The notes below the pieces were generated by a model. The model was not told the origin of the DNA, ran no database searches, and saw nothing but the letters and a program-made list of their open reading frames with translations. 64,000 bases of DNA from Octopus sinensis (Eukaryota): contig NC_043002.1 in the NCBI RefSeq assembly GCF_006345805.1, positions 54,932,001-54,996,000 of the forward strand, written 5' to 3'. Positions 51,421 through 63,815 of the stretch are shown here, in pieces. A program made the translations under genes and the position numbers. The stretch's first letter is position 1, and each line of letters opens with the position of its first letter.

Positions 51421-52824
51421 ATCTATATATAATATATGTGTATGTATATATGTGTATGTATATATATGTATGTATATATATATATGTATATATATATATG
51501 TATATATATATGTATATATATATGATATTATTATATGATATATATATATGTATATATAATATGTTATATATATATGTATATATATATATGTATATAATAT
51601 AGGTATAGATATGTATGTTTATGTATTTATATGTTATATAGATATATGTATGTATATATGTATGTATGATGTATATATATGTATATATATACGTATGTAT
51701 GTATATATGTATATATAATTAAATATATACGTATTATATATATATGTATGTATATATGTATGTATATGTATGTATATATATATGATGTATATATATGTAT
51801 GTATATGTATGTATATATATGTATATATATATGTATAATATATATTATGTATATATATATGTATGTAGCTATATATATGTATGTATATATATATGTATAT
51901 ATATATATATTATGTATATATATGTATATATATATGTATCTATATATGTATATATATGTATATATCTATGTATATATATATGTATATATATATATGTATA
52001 ATATATGTATATATATATGTAATATATATCTATGTATATTATATATGTGTATATTATATGTGTATATTATATGTGTATATTATATGTGTATATTATATGT
52101 GTATATTATATGTGTATATTATATGTGTATATTATATGTGTATATTATATGTGTATATTATATGTGTATATTATATGTGTATATTATATGTGTATATTAT
52201 ATGTGTATATATATATGTATGTATATATATATATATACACATATATGCATATATGTATGTATATAATATATATACACATATATGCATATATGTATGTATA
52301 TATATATACACATATATGCATATATGTATGTATATTATATATATACACATATATGCATATATGTATGTATATATATATATACACATATATGCATATATGT
52401 ATGTATATATATATATATATACACATATATGCATATATGTATATATATATATATACACATATATGCATATATGTATATATATATATATACACATATATGC
52501 ATATATGTATATATATATATATACACATATATGCATATATGTATATATATATATATATACACATATATGCATATATGTATATATATATATATATATACAC
52601 ATATATGCATATATATATATGTATATACACATGCATATACATATATATGCATAAATATGTATATATGTATGTATGTGTGTATATATATATATGTATACAT
52701 ATATATAAGTTTATGTGTGTATATATATATGTATGTATATATGTATGTATGTGTGTATATATATATATGTATACATATATATAAGTTTATGTGTGTATAT
52801 ATATATATGTATGTATATATGTAT

Positions 52825-52861
<37 letters not shown>

Positions 52862-53583
52862 AGTGTATGTGTGTATATATATATGTATATATATATATGT
52901 TTATGTATATATGTATATATATGTTTGTATATATGTATATATATATATGCTTATGTATATGTATGTTTATGTATATGTATATATACATATGTATATATAT
53001 ATGTGTTTGTTTATGTATATGTTTATGTATATATATAGATATATGTATGTTTATGTATATGTATATATACATATGTATATATATATGTGTTTGTTTATGT
53101 ATATGTTTATGTATATATATAGATATATATATGTTTACGTATATGTATATATATATATGTTTATGTATATATATATATGTTTATGTATATGTTTATGTAT
53201 ATGTATATATATATGTTTATGTATATATATATATGTTTATGTATATGTATATATATATGTTTATGTATATATATATATGTTTATGTATATATATGTTTAT
53301 GTATATATATGTTTATGTATATATATATATATATATATGTTTATGTATATGTATGTTTATGTTTATGTATATATATGTTTATGTATATATGTTTATGTAT
53401 ATATATATATGTTTATGTATATGTATATGTATATATATATGTTTATGTATATATATATATGTATATATATATATGTTTAATTATATATGTTTATGTATGT
53501 ATATATATGTTTATGTATGTATATATATGTTTATGTATGTGTATACATATATATATATATTTTATTTATATATATATATATAT
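51380..53583. repeat. 2.2-kb (TA)-derived micro/minisatellite mosaic
   Basis: Blocks of 13-mer, ~33-mer and ~56-mer units. Confidence 0.95.
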
Positions 53584-53921
53584 AGGTCACAATAGTCATC
53601 ATGAGAAAATACAGAAAATATAAAATAAGCGAAAGAAAGAATAGAATAGACAACTAGATGAGTATGTAGAACAGTCGGTGGTGTGGGCGGTGTGTGTGTG
53701 TTTTGGTGATGGTTCACTGGTCTCTGTTACGAGGTGCGTGTGTGTGTGTATCTAATGCTAGGTTGGATTAGTCAAGTGTGGGCAGACGATCAAGGTCTCC
53801 ATTTTGAGGTTAAATATCGTCATTGCTTCTCGTTGTTTCTTACTGTTTGCTTTTCCCCTCTCCCATATCTCATTCTTTTTATTTCTCCATCTTTCGAAGT
53901 TGAACCCCCCCCCCCACTGTC

Positions 53922-53995
<74 letters not shown>

Positions 53996-54583
53996 GACTT
54001 ATTTTCTCTGACTCCGGTCATTAGACGGCAGGTATATTGGAAACATTTCATCCCAGGTCGATTGTACCGAACTTCATTTTTACTTTATCGATCTTAGTAT
54101 TTAAAGACAGAGTCACTTACATACTTTCTGTCATTCACCTTATGCTATATATCAAATGGATGTCTTATAAAACTATTCCACACACACAATAATAGCCACA
54201 CTAACAATCCAACATACCTCTATCATCAGCTGCCCGACGGATATCACTATGGTTTCGACACCTGGGCAGGACCATTCAATACGGTGCTGTTGGGTACAAA
54301 CATACCCTAGATATCCCCACATTCATTCAATCTTAATTCTAGGAAGGATTAAACGCTAACATTATTAATTAAACTGCTACAAACAAACACATTTACCCTA
54401 TGTACAAAAAGAATTTCGGTAAATAAATTCAAAACGTAAACCTATAACCAACTCCTAAATTATCTAACTAAATAGCAAGCAAGCCCTTGAAATCCATGCA
54501 GATAATATTCCTTCCATTCTTCCATAGTTATTAATATAAAATGAAGGAAAAGGATGCGAGGCGGGCGATCGTATAATAATATA

Positions 54584-54623
<40 letters not shown>

Positions 54624-54751
54624 TTTGCCAAGTTTATTTATGTATAAAATGTATCGTAATCCGGGTTTTTTATGTACTAAGCCACTTGGTGTTAAATGGA
54701 TATACTATTAAATTAGTATCCAACTTTCTCACCCTCATTAGTATATATATA

Positions 54752-54793
<42 letters not shown>

Positions 54794-54855
54794 CGCACAC
54801 ACACAACACACACACATTAATGCACACACTGATACATATATATTCATATACACAC

Positions 54856-54924
<69 letters not shown>

Positions 54925-55261
54925 TATGCAGATTCATATATACATCTATACATGCATCTGTGAATACATACCTGAATAAGTGAACAGAGAAATATAAACA
55001 GCTTAAAGACAGAAAGTTTGATTAGACAAATCTGCTTCGAGATTCAGGTTTCCAAAGAATTTTGAATGAGTGTGTTAGTCCTAACAGTCTTGATACAAGA
55101 TTGAAATTATTTGGTCTTTTCTGAGGATTTAAACCCATCCAAAATATATTGCCGGAAGCGGTCCCTGATTAAATTTTGGCTGTAGAAGACACTCATCTGG
55201 AATGTGGTGCGGTTATATGGCCACTTTTCATCATCATGCTCAAACGTGCGCACGCTGTAAA

Positions 55262-55705
55262 AGATAGGCTTCAGCAAATATTCTGCTCAATAATACATTT
55301 GCTTGTCAGTTGCCTCAGCTTAAGCAGTTGAGCATGTTTCTTGGTGGCTGACGATATATGCATCTCTGATCGTAATGAGGGAGCATCAAAACCATGTATT
55401 GAGAGAAATTCTTTGGGATTTGAATTGTTCACCTCTGGAGACATGGGTGTTTCGTTCATCATCTTTAAACAACCCTTATTCAGGGACCTTTTGTGCGGGA
55501 TGGGCTACTCGACCTGAAGAAATTCTCACTGCAAGGTCATGCGCTGTTTATCTTGATATGAGATCACCCATTTCGTGCACATATGGTTGTGATGTATGTG
55601 CCTTGTATACCCTTATCAAACAGATAGTCAATATGGGTATATTGGGTTTCGTATATTTGTGTCCCAACATCACTCCGATGGGATGTACTGCTCTCTCACT
55701 CAATA
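55262..55705 (+). mobile_element. Family E element
   Basis: Homology to 29349-29906; (AAT)n tail. Confidence 0.78.
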
Positions 55706-55734
55706 ATAATAATAATAATAGTAATAAATATATA

Positions 55735-56100
55735 TTCTTTTATTTTGTTACTTGTTTCAGTCATTTCAGTGCGGCCATGCTGGAGCACTGCCTTTAGTTG
55801 AACAAATCGACTCCAAGACTTATTCTTTGTAAGCCTCGTACTTATTCTATCGTCTGTTTTGCCGAACCGCTAAGTGTTTCGTGGACGTAAACACACCAAC
55901 GTCAGTTGTCAAGCGATGATGAGGGAACACACACACACACACACACTCAACGGGCTTCTTTTTCCGTCTACTCAATCCACGTACCAGGTTTTGGTCTGCC
56001 CGAGGCTATAGTAGAAGACACTTGCCCAAGGTGCAACGCTGTGGGACCGAACCCGGAACCATGTGGTTGGGAAGCAACCTTCTAAATACACAGCCACGCT
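55735..56100 (-). mobile_element. SINE family C
   Basis: Homology to 2200-2578. Confidence 0.8.
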
Positions 56101-56162
56101 GCGTCTATATACCTACCTACCTATACACACACACACACACACTCACAATATATATATATGTG

Positions 56163-56196
<34 letters not shown>

Positions 56197-56237
56197 TGTA
56201 TGTATGTATGTATTAGCTTGTAGCTAAAAGAAGAAAA

Positions 56238-56506
56238 AGGAAGTAATTGTTTCGTTTTGGGATTAGGTTTGCAAGATGCCTTATATGAGTTCGTGTGTTG
56301 AAGCATGTCCTGTTGTGTCTGGGGCGAGTCATTTTCTTTTTGTGCCTTATAATTTAACACACTCACCGATAAAATTTCCACTGAAAAAATTGCAAGACGC
56401 AACGAAAATTTTAGTAACATAAAGAAGGAAATAAGTGGAAATTTTACCGTCGAGTGTGTTAAATTAAAGAGAATGATTCGCCCCAGACACAACAGGAAGT
56501 AATTGT
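56238..56506. repeat. Fold-back insertion flanked by a 13-bp direct repeat
   Basis: Arms 56309-56382 and 56434-56496; AGGAAGTAATTGT at 56238 and 56494. Confidence 0.75.
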
Positions 56507-57216
56507 GTTCGCAATTAACTAATTTCGTATCAGTATTCCCACTGTGTATGTTGACAGTTCAGCACAGTGAAATAAGGTTTTGGTTCAGTGAAATTGTGTC
56601 TTTGAGAGATGAATGATTCCTCTTGCCTTTCGTTTATTGCTTAATACATTCAGCAACGCATTGTAGAAACGAGAACGATGATATCAGATAGAAGTGGACT
56701 TAGCTTGAAACCTTGCACTATGCCTTCACAAACTCATCCACTCCATTATTGCATCTCGACAGATGTTTTTTTCTGTTGTTGCTGTTGTTTCTCAAGTGAG
56801 TAATTTTATCTATCTTCATTATATATCACATGACTGACTTCAATGTCAGTCCTATACGATACCTAAGCCGTATTTCTTTTACGTTTAGGCTCCCCCACTC
56901 TCTTTATTATTTATTCTATTCATTTATTTGTTCTTCATAAAAACACGACTCAGATTCTTTTGATCAAGGAAGTTTGCAAGTGATATATAATTTAACTTTG
57001 TAAATGATACACTCTTTTTTAGACCAGTTAAATTTAGCCGATATCCTATACGGGTGTCCGGTTGAAGGCTGCTAAATGCTATAAGTTTACACATCTCTTA
57101 TTTAACTACATCTTTCAGGTTTCAGTAGATTCGGGTATTACTGCAGTTTATCAAGAGCGGCTAACATGGAGGTGTGTTTTGTAAAACGTAAAAGCCAGCA
57201 ACAAATATTTCTATAA

Positions 57217-59515
57217 CAAGGGTTCAAACTCAATCGCACAGGGGGCCAAGACTCAAACCATACTTAAAGTTGCGGGTCGAACTGGATAAACATTCATTAA
57301 AAAGTGGGAAACTAATCAATGGTATGGATTAAAACAGACAAAAATTAAAATAATAGCAAATCAATGAATACCAATTTTCGCTCTTTTAGCAATTTGTCAG
57401 AGCTGGATGTTTGGCATCTTTTCATGGTAACAAGTTCGTTTATGTTTGGAATAGGTTTCTGTGTTATGAAGATTCTCCGGATGGACTGCAGGTATCCTGT
57501 GTGATGTTTTGTTAATCTTCATCACAGAGAACAGCTTCTCACACATATATTTGCTACCAAACATGCTCATGGTTCGAGTCACATGTAGCTGAAGCTGGGA
57601 CATCTCTTTAGGAATGACACGAGTGAACTGTGCAGGTCCCTCAATGTCGTACTTTGCCTTTATTGCCCCATTACACTGCAGCTCTATGAGTTCCATCTGC
57701 AAACGTACAGGTGCAGTTTCCACGTTGATGGCAAATGGGGTGTAAAACAGTTCGAAATTACTTTTCTGTATTTCAAAGTCACTAAAACGCCGTGCGAACT
57801 CAGCGCGATGTGAGCCCAGTCTTTTGGCCAAGTATACATTTGGGAGAACATCATGGCACTGACTTGGTTCAACTTTGCTTTGCAACAAGGAAAGTGAGAC
57901 AAGTTGCATGGATGCATTTGTGTCTCCAGTTCATTTGAACTGCTTTCACTGCATCATGCATATCAATGATCAAGTGGTCCTGTCCCTGGAGCTGCAGGTT
58001 CAAGACGTTGAGATGAGTAGTTATGTCTGACAGAAACGCCAACTTGCGTTTCCACTTTTCATCCCGCAAAACTGTGGAGTCTTTTCCTTTGCTGTCCATG
58101 AATTGACAGATTACCTCGATCAGCAGGAAAACTCTACTGGGAACTTTTCCCCGATTTAGCTCTGTATGATAAGGCATGTCACCGAACTCTGAATTTATTT
58201 CCTGTAAAAATGACCAAAATTGGCTGTGATTTAAACTTTAAACCTCTGATAAAGTTAATAGTTTGTGTTACAGTGTTCATTACATGTTCCATGTTGAGGA
58301 CCTTACCACACAGCGATCCTTGGTGTATGATGCAATGATACACTATCAACTCACCAGCACAGTCCTCCTGCATTTTTAACCACGTCCTTCCAACTAGTCC
58401 ACTTTTTTGGCCACACATCGCCGGTACTTTATCTATTGTAACTCTAACAAGTTTTCCCCAAGGCAGGTTCAAGTCAGTTACACTTCGACGTACGTTGTCA
58501 AAAATATCTTTTCCTGTCGTTGTCCTATGCATGGATTTCATGTCCAATACTTCTTCTGTAACATTTAAACTGGAGTCCACTCGACCGATGAAGATGGCAA
58601 GCTGTGCAGTGTCAGTCGTATTATTACTTTCATCGACAGCAAGAGAGTATGCAACAAAATCTTTGCCTTTTTCGATCAGCTGCCATCTCACAAACTCGAT
58701 CAGCAATTGTATTTCCACTAAAGCTTCCATTTGCAAACATCTGCTTTTTGTCTGGACACAAGACGTTACTTTCATCATGCAATTCTTCAGGAACTCTCCC
58801 TCATTAAATGGTTGGGCTGATTTGGTGATTTCTGCACATTAAAACTTGCTTTCACAGCAACTTCACTTTGGGATTTTGCTTTGGTGAAAAACGCCTGTTG
58901 TGATGCTAGATTCCTCTTCAATTCTTATCTTCTGTAGCTTCTGTTCTGCATTCAAGTTCTTCGATTTGTCATGATTAGTCTCGTAGTGCCGTCTTGGATT
59001 ATATATTCCTTGATCACAGCCACATTATCTCCAGAAATTAGACACACAGGTTCACCGTCAATATCGGTTAAACATATATTGAACACCCCAGCGGCTTTGA
59101 AAGGCTCTGTTTTCAGAACCAACTTTTCTCTTGGCCATTTTAATGGCTAGCTTTGATTTAAAATTAAGACTGTGCATCTACCACCGATAGACGCTTGATT
59201 TATATGGTATAAGCGGGAAGGAGTGATGCAATATCCGGTCACTACCTTACTTTCATGTCTTATGCGTCAATCCAAAACGAGTAACAGGACGTTGCTAGGT
59301 TACTGTAATGACGAACATCCACGCTCTACACAACTTTCATTTTAATTTGTTCTGATCAACGCAGGAATGTTCTCGGGCAGCTTTTCGTTTGACAAGGCTA
59401 CTTAATTGGGGAATTTATGGTTTGCTCTTCATAGCGCTGGGCCCTTAAAAAATATTTGCCTAAAATTCACTCGCGGGCTGGATGTGGTGCATGGACCTTG
59501 AGTTTGATATCTCTG
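57217..59515 (-). mobile_element. Full-length hAT DNA transposon (Charlie/SPIN-like)
   Basis: Degenerate TIRs CAAGGGTTCAAACTC / CAGAGATATCAAACTC; flanks TTCTATAA / GTCTAAAG fit the NTCTAGAN-type 8-bp target. Confidence 0.88.
57390..59138 (-). pseudogene. Frameshifted hAT transposase (GTF2IRD2-like family)
   Basis: Begins MAKRKVGSENRAFQSRW; LAVDES (first catalytic D), HCIIHQ (CxxH), MFGSKYMCEKLFSVMK (catalytic E, dimerisation domain); split across at least four ORFs; RW motif deleted. Confidence 0.92.
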
Positions 59516-59548
59516 GTCTAAAGCCTCAGGATGGGTGAATTATTATCA

Positions 59549-59917
59549 TTACCTCTCCGCTTTAGCGAAGGTGGAGGTTTTCAGTCGTGCTTGTTTGTTT
59601 GTCCGTGAACAAGATATCTCAAGAACCGCTGGATGGTTTCGGATAAAACGTTTAGGGATGTTTGGCCTTGTGAATGGCGCGAACTGATTAGATTTGGGGA
59701 TTGATCCGGTACCGGACAAGGATTCTGGATTATTTTTCCTGTTTTTTTTTTTTTTTACTTAATTTTTTAGAGCGGCCGGGTTCATTTTTAGTATTCTCGT
59801 TTGTGAGAGTTATTCTTATTTTCAGATGTTCTCATTTTAAAAATCATCTCTGGCTAATCATTGAGGGGACGTTGGTGTTGCTTTGGCGGTGGTTTGCGCT
59901 CTCTGAGTGTTCTTGTT
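59549..59917 (+). mobile_element. HINE/DINE-1-like (Helentron-associated) non-autonomous element
   Basis: 5' ACCTCTCCGC, (GTTT)n, GATCCGGTACCGGA, 3' GGCGGTGGTTTGCGCTCTCTGAGTGTTCTTGTT (subterminal inverted repeat plus hairpin). Confidence 0.7.
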
Positions 59918-59970
59918 ATTATTTTTTTCGTTTTAGTGAGGAGGGAAAACCGTGACATCACCTTTTACAT

Positions 59971-60343
59971 TAGTAGTTTTCAACCCTTTTTTGCCCAGGG
60001 ACCTCTTTTATTCTTATTCTACTCTACTGGACCCTCATAGCCATTTGATGTTTAAATAAAATCCTATGATATTTTTAGAATTAAATATTAATAGGAGTTG
60101 TATAAAAAGATTGTAAAACTGTTTTGTGTATTGTAGAAGTATTGCACAAAATTTTTAACAGTAAAATCTTACATTATTTACATTATTTACATTTGACGGA
60201 TATTTGACCTCATCTTGACAAATATCCGTCAAATGTAAATAATATACATAATTCCTCATTTCTTAAATACATAACTGAGTTTATATGGACCCCTAAAGTT
60301 ATAAGGTCATATGGACACTTAAGGGTCATGTTGAGAACCACTG
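59971..60343 (-). mobile_element. hAT MITE with internal palindromic insertion
   Basis: TAGTAGTTTTCAA..TTGAGAACCACTG termini; TSD TTTTACAT/TTTTACAG; homologous to 42441-42717. Confidence 0.8.
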
Positions 60344-61370
60344 TTTTACAGATGACTGGAAGGGTGAATGGGAGGAGAATATTCTCAAACCAAAGACCTA
60401 ACCTGAAAGCTTTCTATAGAGTGAACTCTGCTTAAAGCATCCAAGGACCAGGGTGCCGGATAAAGTCTACGGTGTTTAAAATAACTATTGGATGATGCAT
60501 ATACCTCGTCACCCTCTGCTTCTTAAATTGATAAATATTAGCTCCACCCTTAAAATAAATTGCAGCGAAATGTTTGCTCCATTCCCCTTCATAAATGAGA
60601 AAACAAACTGCTTGCGTCCACATAATTCTTTTTTGTTCGCCTTGAGGTTGGCTAAGTTTACTAAAACCATGGGGTTTATTACACCTCGTAATTTGTCTGT
60701 CCCCTATTTAGTATTCACGGGATTTAAACCCCTGTCCCCAACAGACACTGTGATATCCTGCTGCTGCAATCGGCGTTGTGTAGTTTCTGGGGTCAAGTCA
60801 TTTACATTTTGCTAAAATCCCATTGGCCGATTCTACGTCGCTTGCAAATGTATTCGAGTGACGCGCCAATAAGAGAGAGCTCCTGTGTAGCCGCTCGACT
60901 TGCTAGAAATAGCGGCCAAATCCTGCTCGAACACATCATGCTGTCGTAGAAAAAAGCGAAGGAATATTGCATTGTGTAATTCTGAAATAAACTGCATGAA
61001 AAGACTAGATGGTCGTGGTTGGAATATCTTTAACCATCGGTTTGTTCGACCAGGGCTGATATAGTATTTAAAGATCAACAATAGATACATTAGAGGCAAT
61101 GCAGTTGTCTCGTCACTGTTACCAGCGGGAGCACTAGAAATAACGTGTGCCTGGGGTAAAAAAAAAAAAAAAGAGTCGTTTTCTGTATTCTTGAGCCGAC
61201 CGTCTTTCGACATTGCTGTCTGACTTTCTTCGCCCTGTCTTGGTCTGGGAAACTAGTGGGCTTGTTACTATGCTTTGTAGTCCTTATGTGTCGACAAACA
61301 CCGAGATTTTGGAACCAGAGACATTAATTTGATTTACTTCGAGCAATAAAATCAAGATAAGGCTTTTATA

Positions 61371-61920
61371 ATGTTGTTGCTTTCTGTTTTTGCTACATTC
61401 AAAGGCTTATATTTTAGGGAGACCAAAAGACGAATAGCGCTAGCAAAATCTGCATTCAGAAAATTGTATACCATCTTGAGTAACTCTGCTCTGATCATCA
61501 AAACCAAGGTTCGTATATTGAACTGCTCTGTCTACCCTATGCTAATGTATGGAAATGAGGCACGGTCTATCGCATCAGAAATGAGAAGGTGCTTGGGGAG
61601 CTGGGAAATGTGGTTCTTAAGGAGAATATTAAGCATAGTATGGACAGCAAAGGGTCCAATGAAGAAGTGATGATGACTCAGACTGCAGTAAATAGGAAAC
61701 TGCTTTTATGAGATAAGGGCCAAGCAACAGAGATGTCTTGGTCATGTTATGAGGAAAGAGGGCCTGGAGAATTTTGGGAGAAGAAAGATTGAAGGGAAAA
61801 GAAGTAGAGGAAGGAGGAGAATGATATGGATGAAAAGCTTGACGAACTGGTTGCTAGAAAGAGGCAGTGGAAATGTTACAGAAAGCAAAGAATGGAGAAT
61901 TGTGGAAGGACATGATCACC
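61371..61920 (+). mobile_element. RTE-clade LINE 3' fragment
   Basis: KRRIALAKSAFRKL..TKVRILNC..YGNE..EMWFLRRIL..GHVMRKEGLE..KIEGKRSRGRRR. Confidence 0.85.
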
Positions 61921-61923
61921 TTA

Positions 61924-62167
61924 GAGTAAAGATTGTTTGCCAACATAACATGGTAGTTCTGGTTTAGGACGAATGTTGCTGTAATTTAGCCCCAAGAGAC
62001 ATCGTCTCCAGCTGGCTATATAACACGATCTGTGTCCGTATATTTTCGAACAAGGACACTGCTCGTGTCGTATAGCCAGTTGGAGACGATGTCTCCTGGG
62101 GCTAAATTACAGCAACATTTGTCCTAAACCAGGACTGCCATGTTATGCTGGCAAACAATCTTTACTC
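61924..62167. repeat. Fold-back element with ~105-bp arms
   Basis: Arms 61924-62028 and 62063-62167; inner GTGTCC/GGACAC stem. Confidence 0.9.
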
Positions 62168-62203
62168 CAAAGTACTGTTGCTGAATATCTCTCGTTGTAA
62201 GAT

Positions 62204-62506
62204 TTACAAATAATTTTCTAATGATCCCCTTAGTTCTTCATTCTGGACATGGCACCTAAAGAAAGAAAAACCATTACAGGGAGGACAAATGTCATTGTGA
62301 CATTCATAGCTTTCCCAAAATATACAAGCAGTCCCCATAAGGTGAAATTGCTTCAACTGGGAACTGAAACCATGTCACAAGATGTCATAGGTAACGTTTT
62401 ATTACCTCACACCTTCCATGATTTGATTATATTGAACTCAGACATTCTAAAATGGTTTCCTGAGAAGGAGCGGGCAGTTTCCACCATCCTCGTCGGTTCA
62501 TTCAGA
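62204..62506 (-). CDS. Candidate two-exon segment (62506-62411 and 62255-62204), unknown protein
   Basis: TTCCTCAG acceptor, GTGAGG donor, 155-nt intron ending TTTTTCTTTCTTTAG, phases match; peptide LNEPTRMVETARSFSGNHFRMSEFNIIKSWKVCHVQNEELRGSLENYL*; no homology recognised. Confidence 0.25.
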
Positions 62507-62987
62507 CTGAGGAATTAATATTCAGTTTCAACTGCTGTTTTTTTCTATTTCACTTTCTGTTTTGACGAAAGACCAGCGTTCAAAACGTGGAAATATTTTT
62601 GCTTCCACAGTGTTCAGTACATTGGCTTTACAGTTTGTCCGAGTTTTATTTTCTATTTTACACTTAACCATGTCCAGCCTGCATATTAGTCTCTCTCATT
62701 TCATCTCACATTTTCCTCAAATTTCTGTTCCGTGTTGATCACTTTAATGAATACGATAGTTTAGGTGAGATCATTGAGGTGAAACCAAAATTCGCCTCAC
62801 TTGTGTATCTTAAAGGAGTGGCTGACATTTATTTGGGTTTTTTCCTTCTTTCTTTAAATCTCTAAAGAAAAAAATGTGAAAATAAGGAGGGGAAAATGGA
62901 AGGGAAGACTGGTAGGAGACATCATCATTCTTGTTGTCCTGCTTCCCAACGTTTGAACAAAGGCTGCTATTTTTCCTCGAAAAATAA

Positions 62988-63032
<45 letters not shown>

Positions 63033-63574
63033 CATTATTATTATGATTATGATGATGATGATGATGATGTCCTACTTCCATCTCGTTTCATGGTCTACTT
63101 CCGCCTGTTTGTCGCGGCGATGAAATGGTAATGGATCACGGATAGAACATTCATTGAAGAGGATGAGAAAGGGGTGGGGGAGAAAGGGGAAAGAAAGTTA
63201 AGAGAAGATATAAGAGATTGATATTCCAACTGAACAGCCGTGAGTTCGTTTTGTGACAAGGGCGTTGGTGTTGTGCGTAATTGAAAGTTTTGTGGAATAT
63301 TGAGTCGTTGCTGCTTGTTATGTATTATAGAATAATTTCAAGGTAATGTAGTCTAGTTTAAAGAAATGTTATACAGTGTGTCCCATAGGTATGGCAGATT
63401 TTCTAACATAAACCATATTTAAATGAAATGTTTATCTAATTCACTCATGGGCGACTGGCGGCTCGCAGGACTTTCTGAGCGACACGGCACGCTTCTTGGA
63501 AAATGTTGCACATACCTGGTGTAATCTATCTGACATCCTTTATGTACGAGAACACATCGTGGAAGTGCAATAAG

Positions 63575-63815
63575 CCCAGCGGATTCGCGGACGTGGGATC
63601 GCGGTTTCGATTCCCAGACCGGGCGTTGTGAGTGTTTGAGCGAAAACACCTAAAGTTCCATGAGGCTCTGTGTCACGCTGAATCTCTCTGAGAACTACGT
63701 TAAGGGTACACGTGTCTGTGGAGTGCTCAGCCACTTGCACATTAATTTCACGAGCAGGCTTTTCCGTTGATCGGATCAACTGGAACCCTCGTCGTCGTAA
63801 CTGACAGAGTGTCAC
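63575..63815 (+). mobile_element. SINE family D2, internally deleted
   Basis: tRNA-like head, GAGCGAAAACACCTAAAG, D tail. Confidence 0.8.

Noticed and set aside
62430-62518. + strand peptide KWFPEKERAVSTILVGS resembling an MFS transporter loop motif
   Set aside because: Short match, ends in a stop with no donor site, and overlaps the better-supported minus-strand exon candidate
63372-63395. TACAGTGTGTCCCATA, mariner-like TIR
   Set aside because: No matching second TIR found within the window
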